Part shown: one piece after another, positions 9,150 through 18,675 of the stretch
Numbering within the stretch: the stretch's first letter is position 1
Layout of the letters: each line of letters starts with the position of its first letter
Origin: Pseudomonadota bacterium
GTDB taxonomy: Bacteria > Pseudomonadota > Alphaproteobacteria > Rhodobacterales > Rhodobacteraceae
Assembly: GCA_041163945.1 (NCBI GenBank)
Contig: JBEAQJ010000021.1
Coordinates: 522 to 64,521, forward strand
DNA length: 64,000 nt
Reading direction: 5' to 3'
Translations under genes and position numbers: made by a program
Notes under the pieces: model-generated
The model's database searches: none
What the model was told of the DNA's origin: nothing
Seen by the model: the letters and a program-made list of their open reading frames with translations, nothing else

Positions 9150-10766
9150 ATGGACAGCTATGATTTCGTGATCGTCGGCGGCGGTTCGGCGGGCTGTGTT
9201 CTGGCCGAACGGCTGACACGGTCGGGCCGGCTGCGGGTGCTTGTGCTCGAGGCCGGCGGCGCGGACTGGTCGCCCTGGATCAGCCTGCCGCTGGGCTATG
9301 GCAAGCTGTTCTACCATCCGACGATGAATTGGCAGTTTCACACCGAGCCCGAGGATGCGCTGGCGGGCCGCCGTGGGTATTGGCCCCGCGGCAAGGTTCT
9401 GGGCGGGTCGGGGTCGATCAACGCCATGGTCTATGCGCGCGGCCTTCCCGGCGATTTCGACGATTGGGAAGCAGCGGGTGCCACCGGCTGGGGCTGGGAT
9501 CAGGTCGAACAGGTGTTCGAGCGGCTCGAGACGCAGGTCGCCCCGGATGGCACGGAAAGCGGCACGGGGCCCGTGCATGTGCAAGACGTCAGCGATCAGA
9601 TCCACCCGGCCAACCGTCATTTCTTTGCGGCCACGGCGGAACTGGGCCTGCCCATCACCCAAAACCTCAACGGGCCCGATCCCGAAGGCGCGGCCGTCTA
9701 CCGCATCAACACCCATCGCGGCCGGCGCGACAGCTCGGCGCGCGCCTTTCTGGCCAAGGCCCGCAACAGATCGAACCTGCGGATCGTGACCCATGCCCAT
9801 GTCGACCGCATCCTGTTCGAAGGCACACGGGCCGTTTCGGTGCGCTATCTGCGCCACGGGCGGGTGGAAACGGTGCGCGCGGGCCGCGAGATCATCGTGT
9901 CGGCCGGTGCCGTGGCTTCGCCCCTGATCTTGCAGCGCTCGGGGCTGGGGCCGGTGGCGCTGTTGAAAGCGGCCGGGATCGCACCGCTGGCCGATCTGGC
10001 CCATGTCGGCGAAAATCTTCAAGATCACATCGCGGTCAGCTATTTCTTCCGTGCGACCGAACCCACGCTGAACAACGAACTGGCCCCGCTTTGGGGCAAG
10101 ATCCGGGCGGCCTTGCGCTATGCCTGGGCGCGGCGGGGGCCGTTGTCGTTGTCGGTCAATCAATGCGGGGGCTATTTCCGATCCGATCCTGCGCTCGACC
10201 GGCCCGATCAGCAGCTGTATTTCAACCCGGTCACCTACACCACCGCCAAGGAAGGCAAGCGGGTGGTGATCAACCCCGACCCGTTCCCGGGGTTCATCAT
10301 CTGCCACCAGCCCTGTCGGCCCACCAGCACGGGCACGATCACCATCGCCAACGCCGATCCCCTGGCCAGCCCGGTGATCCGGCCCAATTCGCTGGCCACC
10401 GAACATGACCGCGCCCGCGCGATTGCCGGGGGGCGGTTGTGCCAGGATTTCGTGCGCACCAAGGCGCTGAACGGCCTGATTGCATCCAGCATGGATCCCA
10501 CCGATCTGCGCGCGATGGATGACGCGGCCATTTTGGATGATTTCCGCGCCCGCAGCGGCACGGTCTATCACCCGGTGGGCACCTGTCGCATGGGGCCGGA
10601 TGCGGCGCGCTCGGTGGTCGATGCGTCGTGCCGGGTGCATGGGCTGGCCGGGCTGCGGGTGATCGATGCCTCGGTCTTTCCCAATCTGACGTCGGCCAAC
10701 ACCAATGCGCCGACCATGATGCTGGCCCTTCGGGCCGCCGACCTGATCCTGGAGACTGTCGCATGA
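9150..10766 (+). CDS. GMC oxidoreductase (choline dehydrogenase-like)
   Basis: YDFVIVGGGSAGC, RGKVLGGSGSINAMVY, VGENLQDH, YHPVGTCRMG and NTNAPT motifs. Confidence 0.92.
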   Translation: MDSYDFVIVGGGSAGCVLAERLTRSGRLRVLVLEAGGADWSPWISLPLGYGKLFYHPTMNWQFHTEPEDALAGRRGYWPRGKVLGGSGSINAMVYARGLPGDFDDWEAAGATGWGWDQVEQVFERLETQVAPDGTESGTGPVHVQDVSDQIHPANRHFFAATAELGLPITQNLNGPDPEGAAVYRINTHRGRRDSSARAFLAKARNRSNLRIVTHAHVDRILFEGTRAVSVRYLRHGRVETVRAGREIIVSAGAVASPLILQRSGLGPVALLKAAGIAPLADLAHVGENLQDHIAVSYFFRATEPTLNNELAPLWGKIRAALRYAWARRGPLSLSVNQCGGYFRSDPALDRPDQQLYFNPVTYTTAKEGKRVVINPDPFPGFIICHQPCRPTSTGTITIANADPLASPVIRPNSLATEHDRARAIAGGRLCQDFVRTKALNGLIASSMDPTDLRAMDDAAILDDFRARSGTVYHPVGTCRMGPDAARSVVDASCRVHGLAGLRVIDASVFPNLTSANTNAPTMMLALRAADLILETVA

Positions 10767-11938
10767 GCATTCCCTATTCCGCATCCGGGGCGGTGCCCTT
10801 GGCCAGCCCGCGCGGCCAGGACGACATCGGCCCGCGCATCACGCGCATCGAAACCTTTGCCACGCCGCTGGTGGGCTTTGTCCGCGTCACCACCGAGGAC
10901 GGCGTGCAGGGCTGGGGGCAGGTTTCAACCTACAACAGCGACATCACCTGCCAGATCCTGCACCGGCAGGTGGCGCCTTGGGCGCTGGGGCGGGGGGCCG
11001 ATGCGCTGGAAGAGGTGATCGCCGAAATTCCGCTGCGCGAACACAAGTACCCCGGCACCTACCTGTGCCGCGCCATGGCCGGGCTGGACACCGCCGTGTG
11101 GGATTGGCGGGGGCAGGCGGCCGGCAAACCCGTCGCGTCCCTTTTGGGCGGCGCACCGGGCCGGATCCGGGCCTATGCCTCGTCGATGCGGCGCGACATC
11201 ACCCCCGAGACCGAGGCCGCGCGCCTGATCGATCTGCGCGCCGCGCATGGGTTCGACGCCTTCAAGGTTCGGGTCGGGGCCGAATGTGGTCAGGACCGCG
11301 ATGAATGGCCGGGCCGGACCGAAGCGATCATCCCCGCCATCCGGCGGGCGCTGGGCGATGACGCGGCGCTGCTGGTCGATGGCAATTCGGGTTTTTCGCC
11401 CGCCCGCGCCATCGCCGTGGGGCAGATGCTGCAAGATCACGGATACGAACATTTCGAAGAACCCTGCCCCTATTGGGAACTGGAACAGACCGCCGCGGTG
11501 GCAGCGGCCTTGCACATGGACGTGGCCGGCGGCGAACAGGACTGGGACCTGCAGAATTGGCGGCGGATGATTGCGTTGAAATCCGTCGATATCGTGCAGC
11601 CCGATGTGCTTTATGTGGGGGGGATGATCCGTGCGATGCAGGTCGCGCGCATGGGGGCGGATGCCGGTCTGCCCTGCACGCCGCATGCGGCCAACCTGTC
11701 GATGGTGACGATCTTCACCATGCATCTGTTGCGGGCCGTGCCCAATCCCGGCCGCTATCTGGAACTGTCGATCGAGGGCGATGATTATTACCCCTGGCAG
11801 CGCGATCTGTTCCGCAACGATCCCTACCGGGTGGACGGCGGCCATGTCACCGTCACCGACGCCCCCGGCTGGGGGGTCGAGATCAACCCCGAATGGCTGG
11901 CGAAATCGGCCTATATGCTTAGCGATTGGGCCCGTTAG
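10763..11938 (+). CDS. Mandelate racemase/muconate lactonizing enzyme (enolase superfamily) protein
   Basis: ATGA overlap with the GMC gene. FKVRVG, VDGN, FEEP, GGEQ, VQPD and TPH motifs. Confidence 0.88.
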   Translation: MSIPYSASGAVPLASPRGQDDIGPRITRIETFATPLVGFVRVTTEDGVQGWGQVSTYNSDITCQILHRQVAPWALGRGADALEEVIAEIPLREHKYPGTYLCRAMAGLDTAVWDWRGQAAGKPVASLLGGAPGRIRAYASSMRRDITPETEAARLIDLRAAHGFDAFKVRVGAECGQDRDEWPGRTEAIIPAIRRALGDDAALLVDGNSGFSPARAIAVGQMLQDHGYEHFEEPCPYWELEQTAAVAAALHMDVAGGEQDWDLQNWRRMIALKSVDIVQPDVLYVGGMIRAMQVARMGADAGLPCTPHAANLSMVTIFTMHLLRAVPNPGRYLELSIEGDDYYPWQRDLFRNDPYRVDGGHVTVTDAPGWGVEINPEWLAKSAYMLSDWAR

Positions 11939-12860
11939 CCGTCGGGGCGCGCATCTGGCGCGGCGATCGGCCAAAGGTGTTGCGAAACCGACGCGTCATG
12001 GCCGAGGCATCGCCATAGCCCACGCGGGCCGCGATTTCGGCCACCGACAGGGGGGTATCTTGCACCAGCCGCTGGGCCTCGGACATGCGGATCAGGGCAT
12101 AAAGCGCCTGCGGTGAATGGCCGGCAGCCGTCAGGCACCGCTGTTCCAGCCCGCGCTGGCTCAGGCCCAGATGGCGGGCGATGTCGGGGATCGACAGCGG
12201 CTGTTCCAGGTGCCGCCGCATCAGCGCGGCTGCGGCGCGCACCACCCGGTCACCCGCGACGCCGGGCAAGATGGGCCCAGCCCCCGGGCGTTCGCCGTGC
12301 ATGAACAATGCGCCCACATCAAGGCTCAGCATCGGGCCATGCTGGCGGGCGATCAATTCCAGCATCAGTTCCATCGTGGTCGTGGCACCACCGCAGCTGA
12401 GCCGGTCGCGGTCGATCACGAAGCGGTCGCGCACAACGCGCACCTCGGGGTAGCTTTCCTCGAATTCGGTCAACACATCCCAATGCGACGTGGCCCGGTA
12501 GCCATCCAGCAACCCCGCCGCCGCCAGAACCAGGCTGCCCGTGTCCAGCCCCACCACCGCCTCGGACCGCCGCGCGGCCGCGCGCAACCGGCGCAAGATG
12601 GGCGCGCGGGTGAAATCGCGATACCCATAGCTGGGCATGACACACAGGTAATCGGCGCCCGCCAGGTCCGATAGCGCCCGTTCCGGGGTCACCGGAAGCC
12701 CGCTTGACGACAGCACCGGACCCGCATCAAGGCCGATGAAATGCCACTGATACAAGACCTTGCGCGACAGGCTGTTGGCCGCGCGCAAGGGCTCGATCGC
12801 GTTGGCCAGGCACAGGTTCGAAAATTGCGGAAACAGCAGGACGGCGATCTGGCGTGGCAT
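11919..12860 (-). CDS. GlxA/CdhR-type AraC-family regulator (DJ-1-like N-terminal domain plus HTH)
   Basis: LANAIEPLRAAN, LAAAGLLDGYRATSHW and a C-terminal AraC HTH. Divergent from the carnitine operon. Start uncertain (12860 or 12902). Confidence 0.88.
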   Translation of the reverse strand: MPRQIAVLLFPQFSNLCLANAIEPLRAANSLSRKVLYQWHFIGLDAGPVLSSSGLPVTPERALSDLAGADYLCVMPSYGYRDFTRAPILRRLRAAARRSEAVVGLDTGSLVLAAAGLLDGYRATSHWDVLTEFEESYPEVRVVRDRFVIDRDRLSCGGATTTMELMLELIARQHGPMLSLDVGALFMHGERPGAGPILPGVAGDRVVRAAAALMRRHLEQPLSIPDIARHLGLSQRGLEQRCLTAAGHSPQALYALIRMSEAQRLVQDTPLSVAEIAARVGYGDASAMTRRFRNTFGRSPRQMRAPTANGPNR

Positions 12861-12958
12861 CGATAATTTCGAATCCGGCACGATGAATGTAGAATTCAGC
12901 ATGATACAGGCCGCGGTCGGTTTCTAGCCTTTTGCGAGGGTGGCACAGGGAGGCTGGC

Positions 12959-14119
12959 GTGCAATTCGGTCTGAGCCCGGAACAGCAGATGATCGTCGAC
13001 ACGGTGCGCAGCTTTGTCGAGACCGAGATCTATCCCCACGAAGCCGCGGTCGAGCGCACGGGCACCGTGCCGCCCGATCTGGCCGCCGATCTGCGGCGCA
13101 AGGTGGTGGAGATGGGGTTTTGGGCCTGCAATTTCCCGACCGATGTGGGCGGCGGCGGGCTGAACCATCTGGAATTCACGCTGGTCGAACGCGAACTGGG
13201 GCGCGGATCGATGGCGCTGACCCATTTCTTCGGCCGGCCCCAGAACATCTTGATGGCCTGCCAGGGCGAACAGCGCGAGCGTTACCTGTTTCCGGCGGTG
13301 CGCGGCGAACGGATGGATGCGCTGGCCATGACCGAACCCGATGCCGGTTCGGATGTGCGTGGCATGAAATGCAGCGCGGTGCGTGCGGGGGGCGATTGGG
13401 TCGTCAATGGCAGCAAGCACTTCATCTCGGGCGCCGATCATGCCGATTTCTTTATCGTTTTCGTGGCCACGGGCGTCGATGACACGGCGCATGGCCCGAA
13501 AAAGCGCATCACCTGTTTCCTGGTGGATCGCGGCCATCCCGGGTTCACCGTGCGCGACGGCTACACCTCGGTCAGTCATCGTGGCTACAAGAACTGCATC
13601 CTTGAATTCGATCAGTGCCGTCTGTCGGATGCACAGGTGTTGGGGGCCGTCGACGGCGGCTTTGACGTGATGAACACCTGGCTTTATGCCACCCGCCTGA
13701 CGGTGGCCGCGTTTTCGGTCGGGCGCGCACGGCGGTGTTTTGATCACGCCGCCGATTACGCCGCGCAGCGGCGCCAATTCGGCCAACAGATCGCCAAGTT
13801 CCAAGGCGTCAGCTTTCAGATCGCCGACATGATCACCGAAATCGACGCCGCCGATTGGCTGACGCTGGCGGCCGCCTGGCGGCTGGATCAGGGATTGCCC
13901 GCCAACCGGGAAATCGCGTCGGCCAAGCTTTATGCCACCGAAATGCTGGCGCGCGTCACCGACACGACGCTGCAAATTCACGGTGGCATGGGCTTGATGG
14001 ACGATCTGCCCATCGAACGGTTCTGGCGCGATGCCCGTGTCGAACGCATCTGGGATGGCACGTCGGAAATTCAACGTCACATCATCGGGCGCGAAGTGTT
14101 CCGCCCGCGCGGCGCCTGA
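12959..14119 (+). CDS. Acyl-CoA dehydrogenase (probable gamma-butyrobetainyl-CoA dehydrogenase)
   Basis: AMTEPDAGSD, RRQFGQ, QIHGGMG and RIWDGTSEIQR motifs. GTG start after GGGAGG. Substrate inferred from context. Confidence 0.9.
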   Translation: MQFGLSPEQQMIVDTVRSFVETEIYPHEAAVERTGTVPPDLAADLRRKVVEMGFWACNFPTDVGGGGLNHLEFTLVERELGRGSMALTHFFGRPQNILMACQGEQRERYLFPAVRGERMDALAMTEPDAGSDVRGMKCSAVRAGGDWVVNGSKHFISGADHADFFIVFVATGVDDTAHGPKKRITCFLVDRGHPGFTVRDGYTSVSHRGYKNCILEFDQCRLSDAQVLGAVDGGFDVMNTWLYATRLTVAAFSVGRARRCFDHAADYAAQRRQFGQQIAKFQGVSFQIADMITEIDAADWLTLAAAWRLDQGLPANREIASAKLYATEMLARVTDTTLQIHGGMGLMDDLPIERFWRDARVERIWDGTSEIQRHIIGREVFRPRGA

Positions 14120-14120
14120 G

Positions 14121-16163
14121 ATGGAACCGTTGTCGCGCCTGTTGCGGCCGGGCTCGATCGCCGTGATCGGCGGCGGGGCGTGGTGTGCCAATGTCATCGC
14201 CGAATGTCGCAAGATCGGTTTTTCGGGGCCGGTCTGGCCCGTGCATCCCACCAAGCGCGAAATCGCGGGCCTGCGCGCCTATGCCAGCATTGCCGATCTG
14301 CCGGCCGCGCCCGATGCCAGCTTCATCGGGGTGAACCGCCAGGCCAGCATCGATGCGTTGCGCGCGCTGTCGGGGCGGGGGGCCGGGGGGGCGGTGTGCT
14401 TTGCGTCTGGCTTTCGGGAATCGGCGCAGGAAACCGGCGATGGTGCCGCGCTTGAGGCGGCATTGGTCGATGCGGCCGGTTCCATGCGCATCCTGGGGCC
14501 GAATTGTTATGGCTTTTTGAACCTTCTCGACGGTGCGGTTCTTTGGCCCGACCAGCACGGGGCCCTGCGCAGCGCGCGCGGGGTGGCCTTGATCACGCAA
14601 TCCTCCAACATCGCGATCAATCTGACGATGCAGATGCGTGGCCTGCCGCTGGCCTATGTGGTGACGGCGGGCAATCAGGCACAGACCGGCCTGGCCGAAA
14701 TTGCCACGGCGCTGCTCGACGATCCCCGTGTGACGGCCCTGGGCCTGCACATCGAAGGCATCGGTGATCTGGCAGGGTTCGAGGCCATGGCCCGGCGCGC
14801 GCAGGCGGCAAGAAAGCCCATCGTCGTGGTCAAGGCGGGCGCATCCGACCAGGCCCGGATGGCGGCCGTGTCGCACACCGGGGCCTTGGCGGGCAGCGAT
14901 GCCGGGGCGGATGCGCTGTTTGCGCGCTTGGGGATCGCGCGGGTTGCGGCTTTGGCCGATCTGCTTGAGACGCTGAAAATCTTGCATGTCGTGGGCCCGC
15001 TGGAGGGGCCGCAGATCGCGTCCATGTCGTGTTCGGGCGGCGAGGCGGGGTTGATGGCCGATCTGGCGATGGGGGTGGGGCTGGCGTACCCGGCCCTGAC
15101 GCCGCGCCAGCATCAGGATTTGCGCGCCGCACTGGGGCCCAAGGTGGCGCTGGCCAATCCCTTGGATTACCACACCTATATCTGGGGTGATGAGGCTGCC
15201 ATCACCCGAACCTTCACCGCGATGATGGCCCCGCATCTGGCCATGGGGGTCGTGGTGCTGGATTTTCCGCGCCCCGATCGCTGCGATGGGGCGGCCTGGG
15301 ATCTGGTGGTCAACGCGGTCGCGGCGACGCGGGCGGCGACCGGGCGCCCGATGGCGATCCTGGCCAGCCTGCCCGAAACCATGCCCGAAGCGGTCGCAGC
15401 CGACATGATCGCGCGCGGCATCGTGCCTTTGGCGGGCCTGCGCGAAGGTCTGGCCGCCATTGCGGCGGCCGCCCGCATCGGGGCGCAGCGGGCCCTTGCC
15501 GCGCCGCTGGCCTTGCCCGGGCCAGAGCCCCTTGCCCCGCGGCTCTTGACCGAGGCCGACGCAAAGGCGCTGTTGGCGGCCCATGGCGTCGCGGTCCCGC
15601 GAGGGGTCGTGGCCACCACCCCCGCGGCGGCCGCCGACGCGGCCCGCAGCCTTGGCACGCCCGTGGTGCTCAAGGCCTTGGGCCATGCGCACAAGACCGA
15701 AATCGGCGCGGTCGCATTGGGGCTGGAACACGCCGATGCGGTCGCCACGGCCGCCGCGCGCATGGGTGGGGATCAATTCCTGGTCGAGGACATGGTCACC
15801 GGCGCCATCGCCGAGATCTTGGTGGGCGTGCTGCGCGATCCGGCGCATGGGTATGTCATGACCATCGGGGCGGGCGGGGTCTGGGCCGAAATTCTGGGCG
15901 ATCGCGTATCCGTCTTGTTGCCCGCGACGCGCGCCGATATCGATGCCGCCCTGGGGCGGTTGCGCCTGGCCCCCGTGCTGCGGGGCTATCGCGGCAAACC
16001 GGCTGCGGATCGCGCCGCGCTGGTGCGCGCGATCGAGGCGCTGCAAGATTGTGCCCTGGCTCAGGCCGGGCGCCTGGTCGAGCTGGAGGTGAACCCGCTG
16101 ATCGTGACGGCCGACCGCGCCGTGGCGGTCGATGCGCTGGTCCAACTGGGAGAAATCGCATGA
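14121..16163 (+). CDS. NDP-forming acyl-CoA synthetase, single-chain (acetate--CoA ligase family)
   Basis: LGPNCYG, phospho-His motif SHTGALAG, NPLD, and an ATP-grasp domain (HKTEIG, ELEVNPL, AVDA). Confidence 0.88.
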   Translation: MEPLSRLLRPGSIAVIGGGAWCANVIAECRKIGFSGPVWPVHPTKREIAGLRAYASIADLPAAPDASFIGVNRQASIDALRALSGRGAGGAVCFASGFRESAQETGDGAALEAALVDAAGSMRILGPNCYGFLNLLDGAVLWPDQHGALRSARGVALITQSSNIAINLTMQMRGLPLAYVVTAGNQAQTGLAEIATALLDDPRVTALGLHIEGIGDLAGFEAMARRAQAARKPIVVVKAGASDQARMAAVSHTGALAGSDAGADALFARLGIARVAALADLLETLKILHVVGPLEGPQIASMSCSGGEAGLMADLAMGVGLAYPALTPRQHQDLRAALGPKVALANPLDYHTYIWGDEAAITRTFTAMMAPHLAMGVVVLDFPRPDRCDGAAWDLVVNAVAATRAATGRPMAILASLPETMPEAVAADMIARGIVPLAGLREGLAAIAAAARIGAQRALAAPLALPGPEPLAPRLLTEADAKALLAAHGVAVPRGVVATTPAAAADAARSLGTPVVLKALGHAHKTEIGAVALGLEHADAVATAAARMGGDQFLVEDMVTGAIAEILVGVLRDPAHGYVMTIGAGGVWAEILGDRVSVLLPATRADIDAALGRLRLAPVLRGYRGKPAADRAALVRAIEALQDCALAQAGRLVELEVNPLIVTADRAVAVDALVQLGEIA

Positions 16164-16945
16164 CCGATACGCCGATCAAAACCGAACGCCGCGGTGCCGT
16201 GCTGGAGGTCACGCTGGATCGGCCGCGGGCCAACGCGATCGATGCGGCGACCAGCCGGATCATGGGCGCGGTTTTCACCGAATTTCGGGATGATCCCGAT
16301 CTGCGCGTGGCCATCGTGACGGCGGCGGGTGAAAAGTTCTTTTGCCCCGGTTGGGATCTGAAGGCCGCCGCCGCCGGCGAAGCGCCCGACACCGATTACG
16401 GCGTCGGTGGCTTTGGCGGATTGCAGGAATTGCGCGGCCTCAACAAGCCCGTGATCGCGGCCATCAACGGCATTTGCTGCGGCGGCGGGCTGGAGCTTGC
16501 GCTGTGCGCCGACATGATCGTGGCCGCCGATCACGCCAGCTTTGCGTTGCCGGAAATCCGCTCGGGCACGGTGGCGGATGCGGCCTCGATCAAGCTGCCC
16601 AAGCGCATCCCCTATCACATCGCGATGGAGCTGTTGTTCACCGGCCGCTGGTTCGATGCGGCCGAGGCCGCCCATTGGGGGCTGGTCAACCGCGTGGTGC
16701 CCGGCGCCGACCTGATGGCGACCGCGCGCGCCATGGCCGATGATCTGGCCGCGGGGCCGCCTTTGGTTTTTGCGGCAATCAAGGAAATTGTCCGCGAAGC
16801 CGAGGCGATGGGGTTTCACGATGCGCTCAACCGGATCACGAAAAGCCAGTTCGCGACGGTGGAACGGCTCTATCGATCCGAAGATCAGAAAGAGGGCGCG
16901 CGCGCCTTTGCCGAGAAGCGCGCGCCGGTTTGGACGGGACGCTGA
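16160..16945 (+). CDS. caiD: Carnitinyl-CoA dehydratase / crotonobetainyl-CoA hydratase
   Basis: Crotonase with LDRPRANAIDAATS, FFCPGWDLKAAA and GGGLELAL, close to CaiD in pattern. Carnitine gene context. Confidence 0.85.
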   Translation: MTDTPIKTERRGAVLEVTLDRPRANAIDAATSRIMGAVFTEFRDDPDLRVAIVTAAGEKFFCPGWDLKAAAAGEAPDTDYGVGGFGGLQELRGLNKPVIAAINGICCGGGLELALCADMIVAADHASFALPEIRSGTVADAASIKLPKRIPYHIAMELLFTGRWFDAAEAAHWGLVNRVVPGADLMATARAMADDLAAGPPLVFAAIKEIVREAEAMGFHDALNRITKSQFATVERLYRSEDQKEGARAFAEKRAPVWTGR

Positions 16946-16996
16946 CGGATTTTCGCACGAATATCCGCACCATACGATTTTTCGGACGAAAAATCG
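16946..16996. repeat. Two tandem related palindromes (REP-like element or operator)
   Basis: CGGATTTTCG-CA-CGAATATCCG (16946-16967, one mismatch) and CGATTTTTCG-GA-CGAAAAATCG (16975-16996, perfect). Confidence 0.75.
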
Positions 16997-17014
16997 GGAA
17001 TGAAAGGACAAGAC

Positions 17015-17926
17015 ATGCCACTGACCATGAGCCGAGAGGTCTTTATCACCTGCGCTGTCACCGGGTCGGGGGCCACCCAAGACCGCAGCCCGCATGTGCC
17101 CCGCAGCCCCCAGGAGATCGCCGACAGCGCGATCGCGGCGGCGCGCGCGGGCGCGGCCATCGTGCATTGCCATGTGCGCGATCCCCACAGCGGGGCCCCA
17201 TCGCGCCGGGTGGATCTGTACCGCGAGGTGACCGACCGCATCCGTTCCGCCGAGGTCGATGTGATCTTGAACCTGACCGCCGGCATGGGGGGGGATCTGG
17301 TTTTCGGCCCGACCGATGCGCCGTTGCCATTGAACCCCCGCGGCACCGATATGGGCAGCGCCGAGGATCGCGTGGCGCATGTGGCCGAATGCCTGCCCGA
17401 GATCTGCACGCTGGATTGCGGCACGATGAATTTCGCCGAAGCCGATTACGTCATGACCAACACGCCGGGCATGCTGCGGGCCATGGGGCGCATGATGACC
17501 GAGCTGGGCGTCAAGCCCGAGATCGAAGCCTTCGACACCGGCCATCTGTGGTTTGCCAAGGAATTGGTGAAAGAGGGCGTTCTGGACAGCCCGGCCTTGG
17601 TGCAGCTGTGCATGGGCGTGCCCTGGGGGGCGCCCGATGATCTGAACACCTTTATGGCCATGGTCAACAACGTGCCGTCCGATTGGACCTTTTCGGCCTT
17701 TTCGCTGGGGCGCAACCAGATGGCCTATGCCGCGGCCGCCGTGCTGGCGGGGGGGCATGTGCGCGTCGGGCTGGAAGACAATCTTTGGCTCGACAAGGGT
17801 GTGCTGGCCACCAACGCCCAGCTGGTCGAACGCGCCGTGGGCATCGTCGAACGGATGGGCGCCCGCGTGATGACCCCGGCCGAGGTGCGCGCCAAGCTGG
17901 GCCTGGTGAAGCGGGCCCCGCGATGA
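17015..17926 (+). CDS. Beta-keto acid cleavage enzyme (BKACE/DUF849), probable 3-dehydrocarnitine cleavage enzyme
   Basis: ITCAVTG, HCHVRD, LDCGTMNF, KPEIEAFD and VRVGLEDN motifs. Close to carnitine dehydrogenase. Confidence 0.9.
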   Translation: MPLTMSREVFITCAVTGSGATQDRSPHVPRSPQEIADSAIAAARAGAAIVHCHVRDPHSGAPSRRVDLYREVTDRIRSAEVDVILNLTAGMGGDLVFGPTDAPLPLNPRGTDMGSAEDRVAHVAECLPEICTLDCGTMNFAEADYVMTNTPGMLRAMGRMMTELGVKPEIEAFDTGHLWFAKELVKEGVLDSPALVQLCMGVPWGAPDDLNTFMAMVNNVPSDWTFSAFSLGRNQMAYAAAAVLAGGHVRVGLEDNLWLDKGVLATNAQLVERAVGIVERMGARVMTPAEVRAKLGLVKRAPR

Positions 17927-18675
17927 GCCGCAGGGTGGTGATCACCGGGGGGGCTTCGGGCCTGGGCCGGGTCATGGCCGAGGCGTTCATGGCCGCCGGC
18001 GACCGCGTGGCGGTCTGTGATGCGGATGCGGCCGCCGTGGCGGCGGTGCCCCCCGCCATCCGTGCGCGTCAGGCCGATGTGACCGATCCGGCCGCGATGG
18101 ACGCGTTTTTCGCCGGGATCGAGGCCGATTGGCAGGGGGCCGATGTGGTGATCGCGAACGCGGGCATCGGCGGCCCGGCCGGGCCGATCGAGACGCTGGG
18201 TTTTGAAGACTGGCAGCGCTGCCTGTCGGTCAATCTGGATGGGGCATTTCTGGCCTGTCGCTGGGCGGCGCGGGTGATGCGCGCGCAAGGGGCAGGGGTG
18301 ATCTTGCTGACCAGCTCGGTCTCGGGGTTGTTCGGCTTTCCCTGGCGCACGCCCTATGTGGCGGCGAAATGGGGGATGGTGGGCCTGACCAAGGCGCTGG
18401 CCTCGGAACTGGGGCCGGCCGGGGTGCGGGTGAACGCGATCTGCCCCGGCGCCGTCGAAGGCCCGCGCATGGACCGGGTGGTGGCGATGGAGGCGCAGGC
18501 GCAGGGCCGGTCCGAAGCGGATGTGCGCGCGGGCTTCACCCAAGGGGTCGCGCTGCGCCGCTTCGTCACCGCCGATGAAGTGGCGGCCATGGCGCTGTTT
18601 CTGGCATCGCCCGCGGCGGCATCGATCAGCGGACAGGCCATGGCGGTGGATGGACATACCGAAAGGACAACATGA
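17923..18675 (+). CDS. Short-chain dehydrogenase/reductase
   Basis: TGGASGLG, ANAG and YVAAK (YxxxK). ATGA overlaps at both ends. Confidence 0.9.
   Translation: MSRRVVITGGASGLGRVMAEAFMAAGDRVAVCDADAAAVAAVPPAIRARQADVTDPAAMDAFFAGIEADWQGADVVIANAGIGGPAGPIETLGFEDWQRCLSVNLDGAFLACRWAARVMRAQGAGVILLTSSVSGLFGFPWRTPYVAAKWGMVGLTKALASELGPAGVRVNAICPGAVEGPRMDRVVAMEAQAQGRSEADVRAGFTQGVALRRFVTADEVAAMALFLASPAAASISGQAMAVDGHTERTT

Noticed and set aside
8070-10784. 904-aa ORF and other long antisense or alternate-frame ORFs (e.g. 2365-4542, 14082-16145, 23147-25372, 54159-56429, 62204-63976)
   Set aside because: They overlap well-supported genes, show no family motifs, and are expected from stop-codon scarcity in high-GC DNA.
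11919-11938. Convergent 3' gene overlaps (also 44863-44875 and 50970-50973)
   Set aside because: Short tail-to-tail overlaps are common in compact high-GC genomes.
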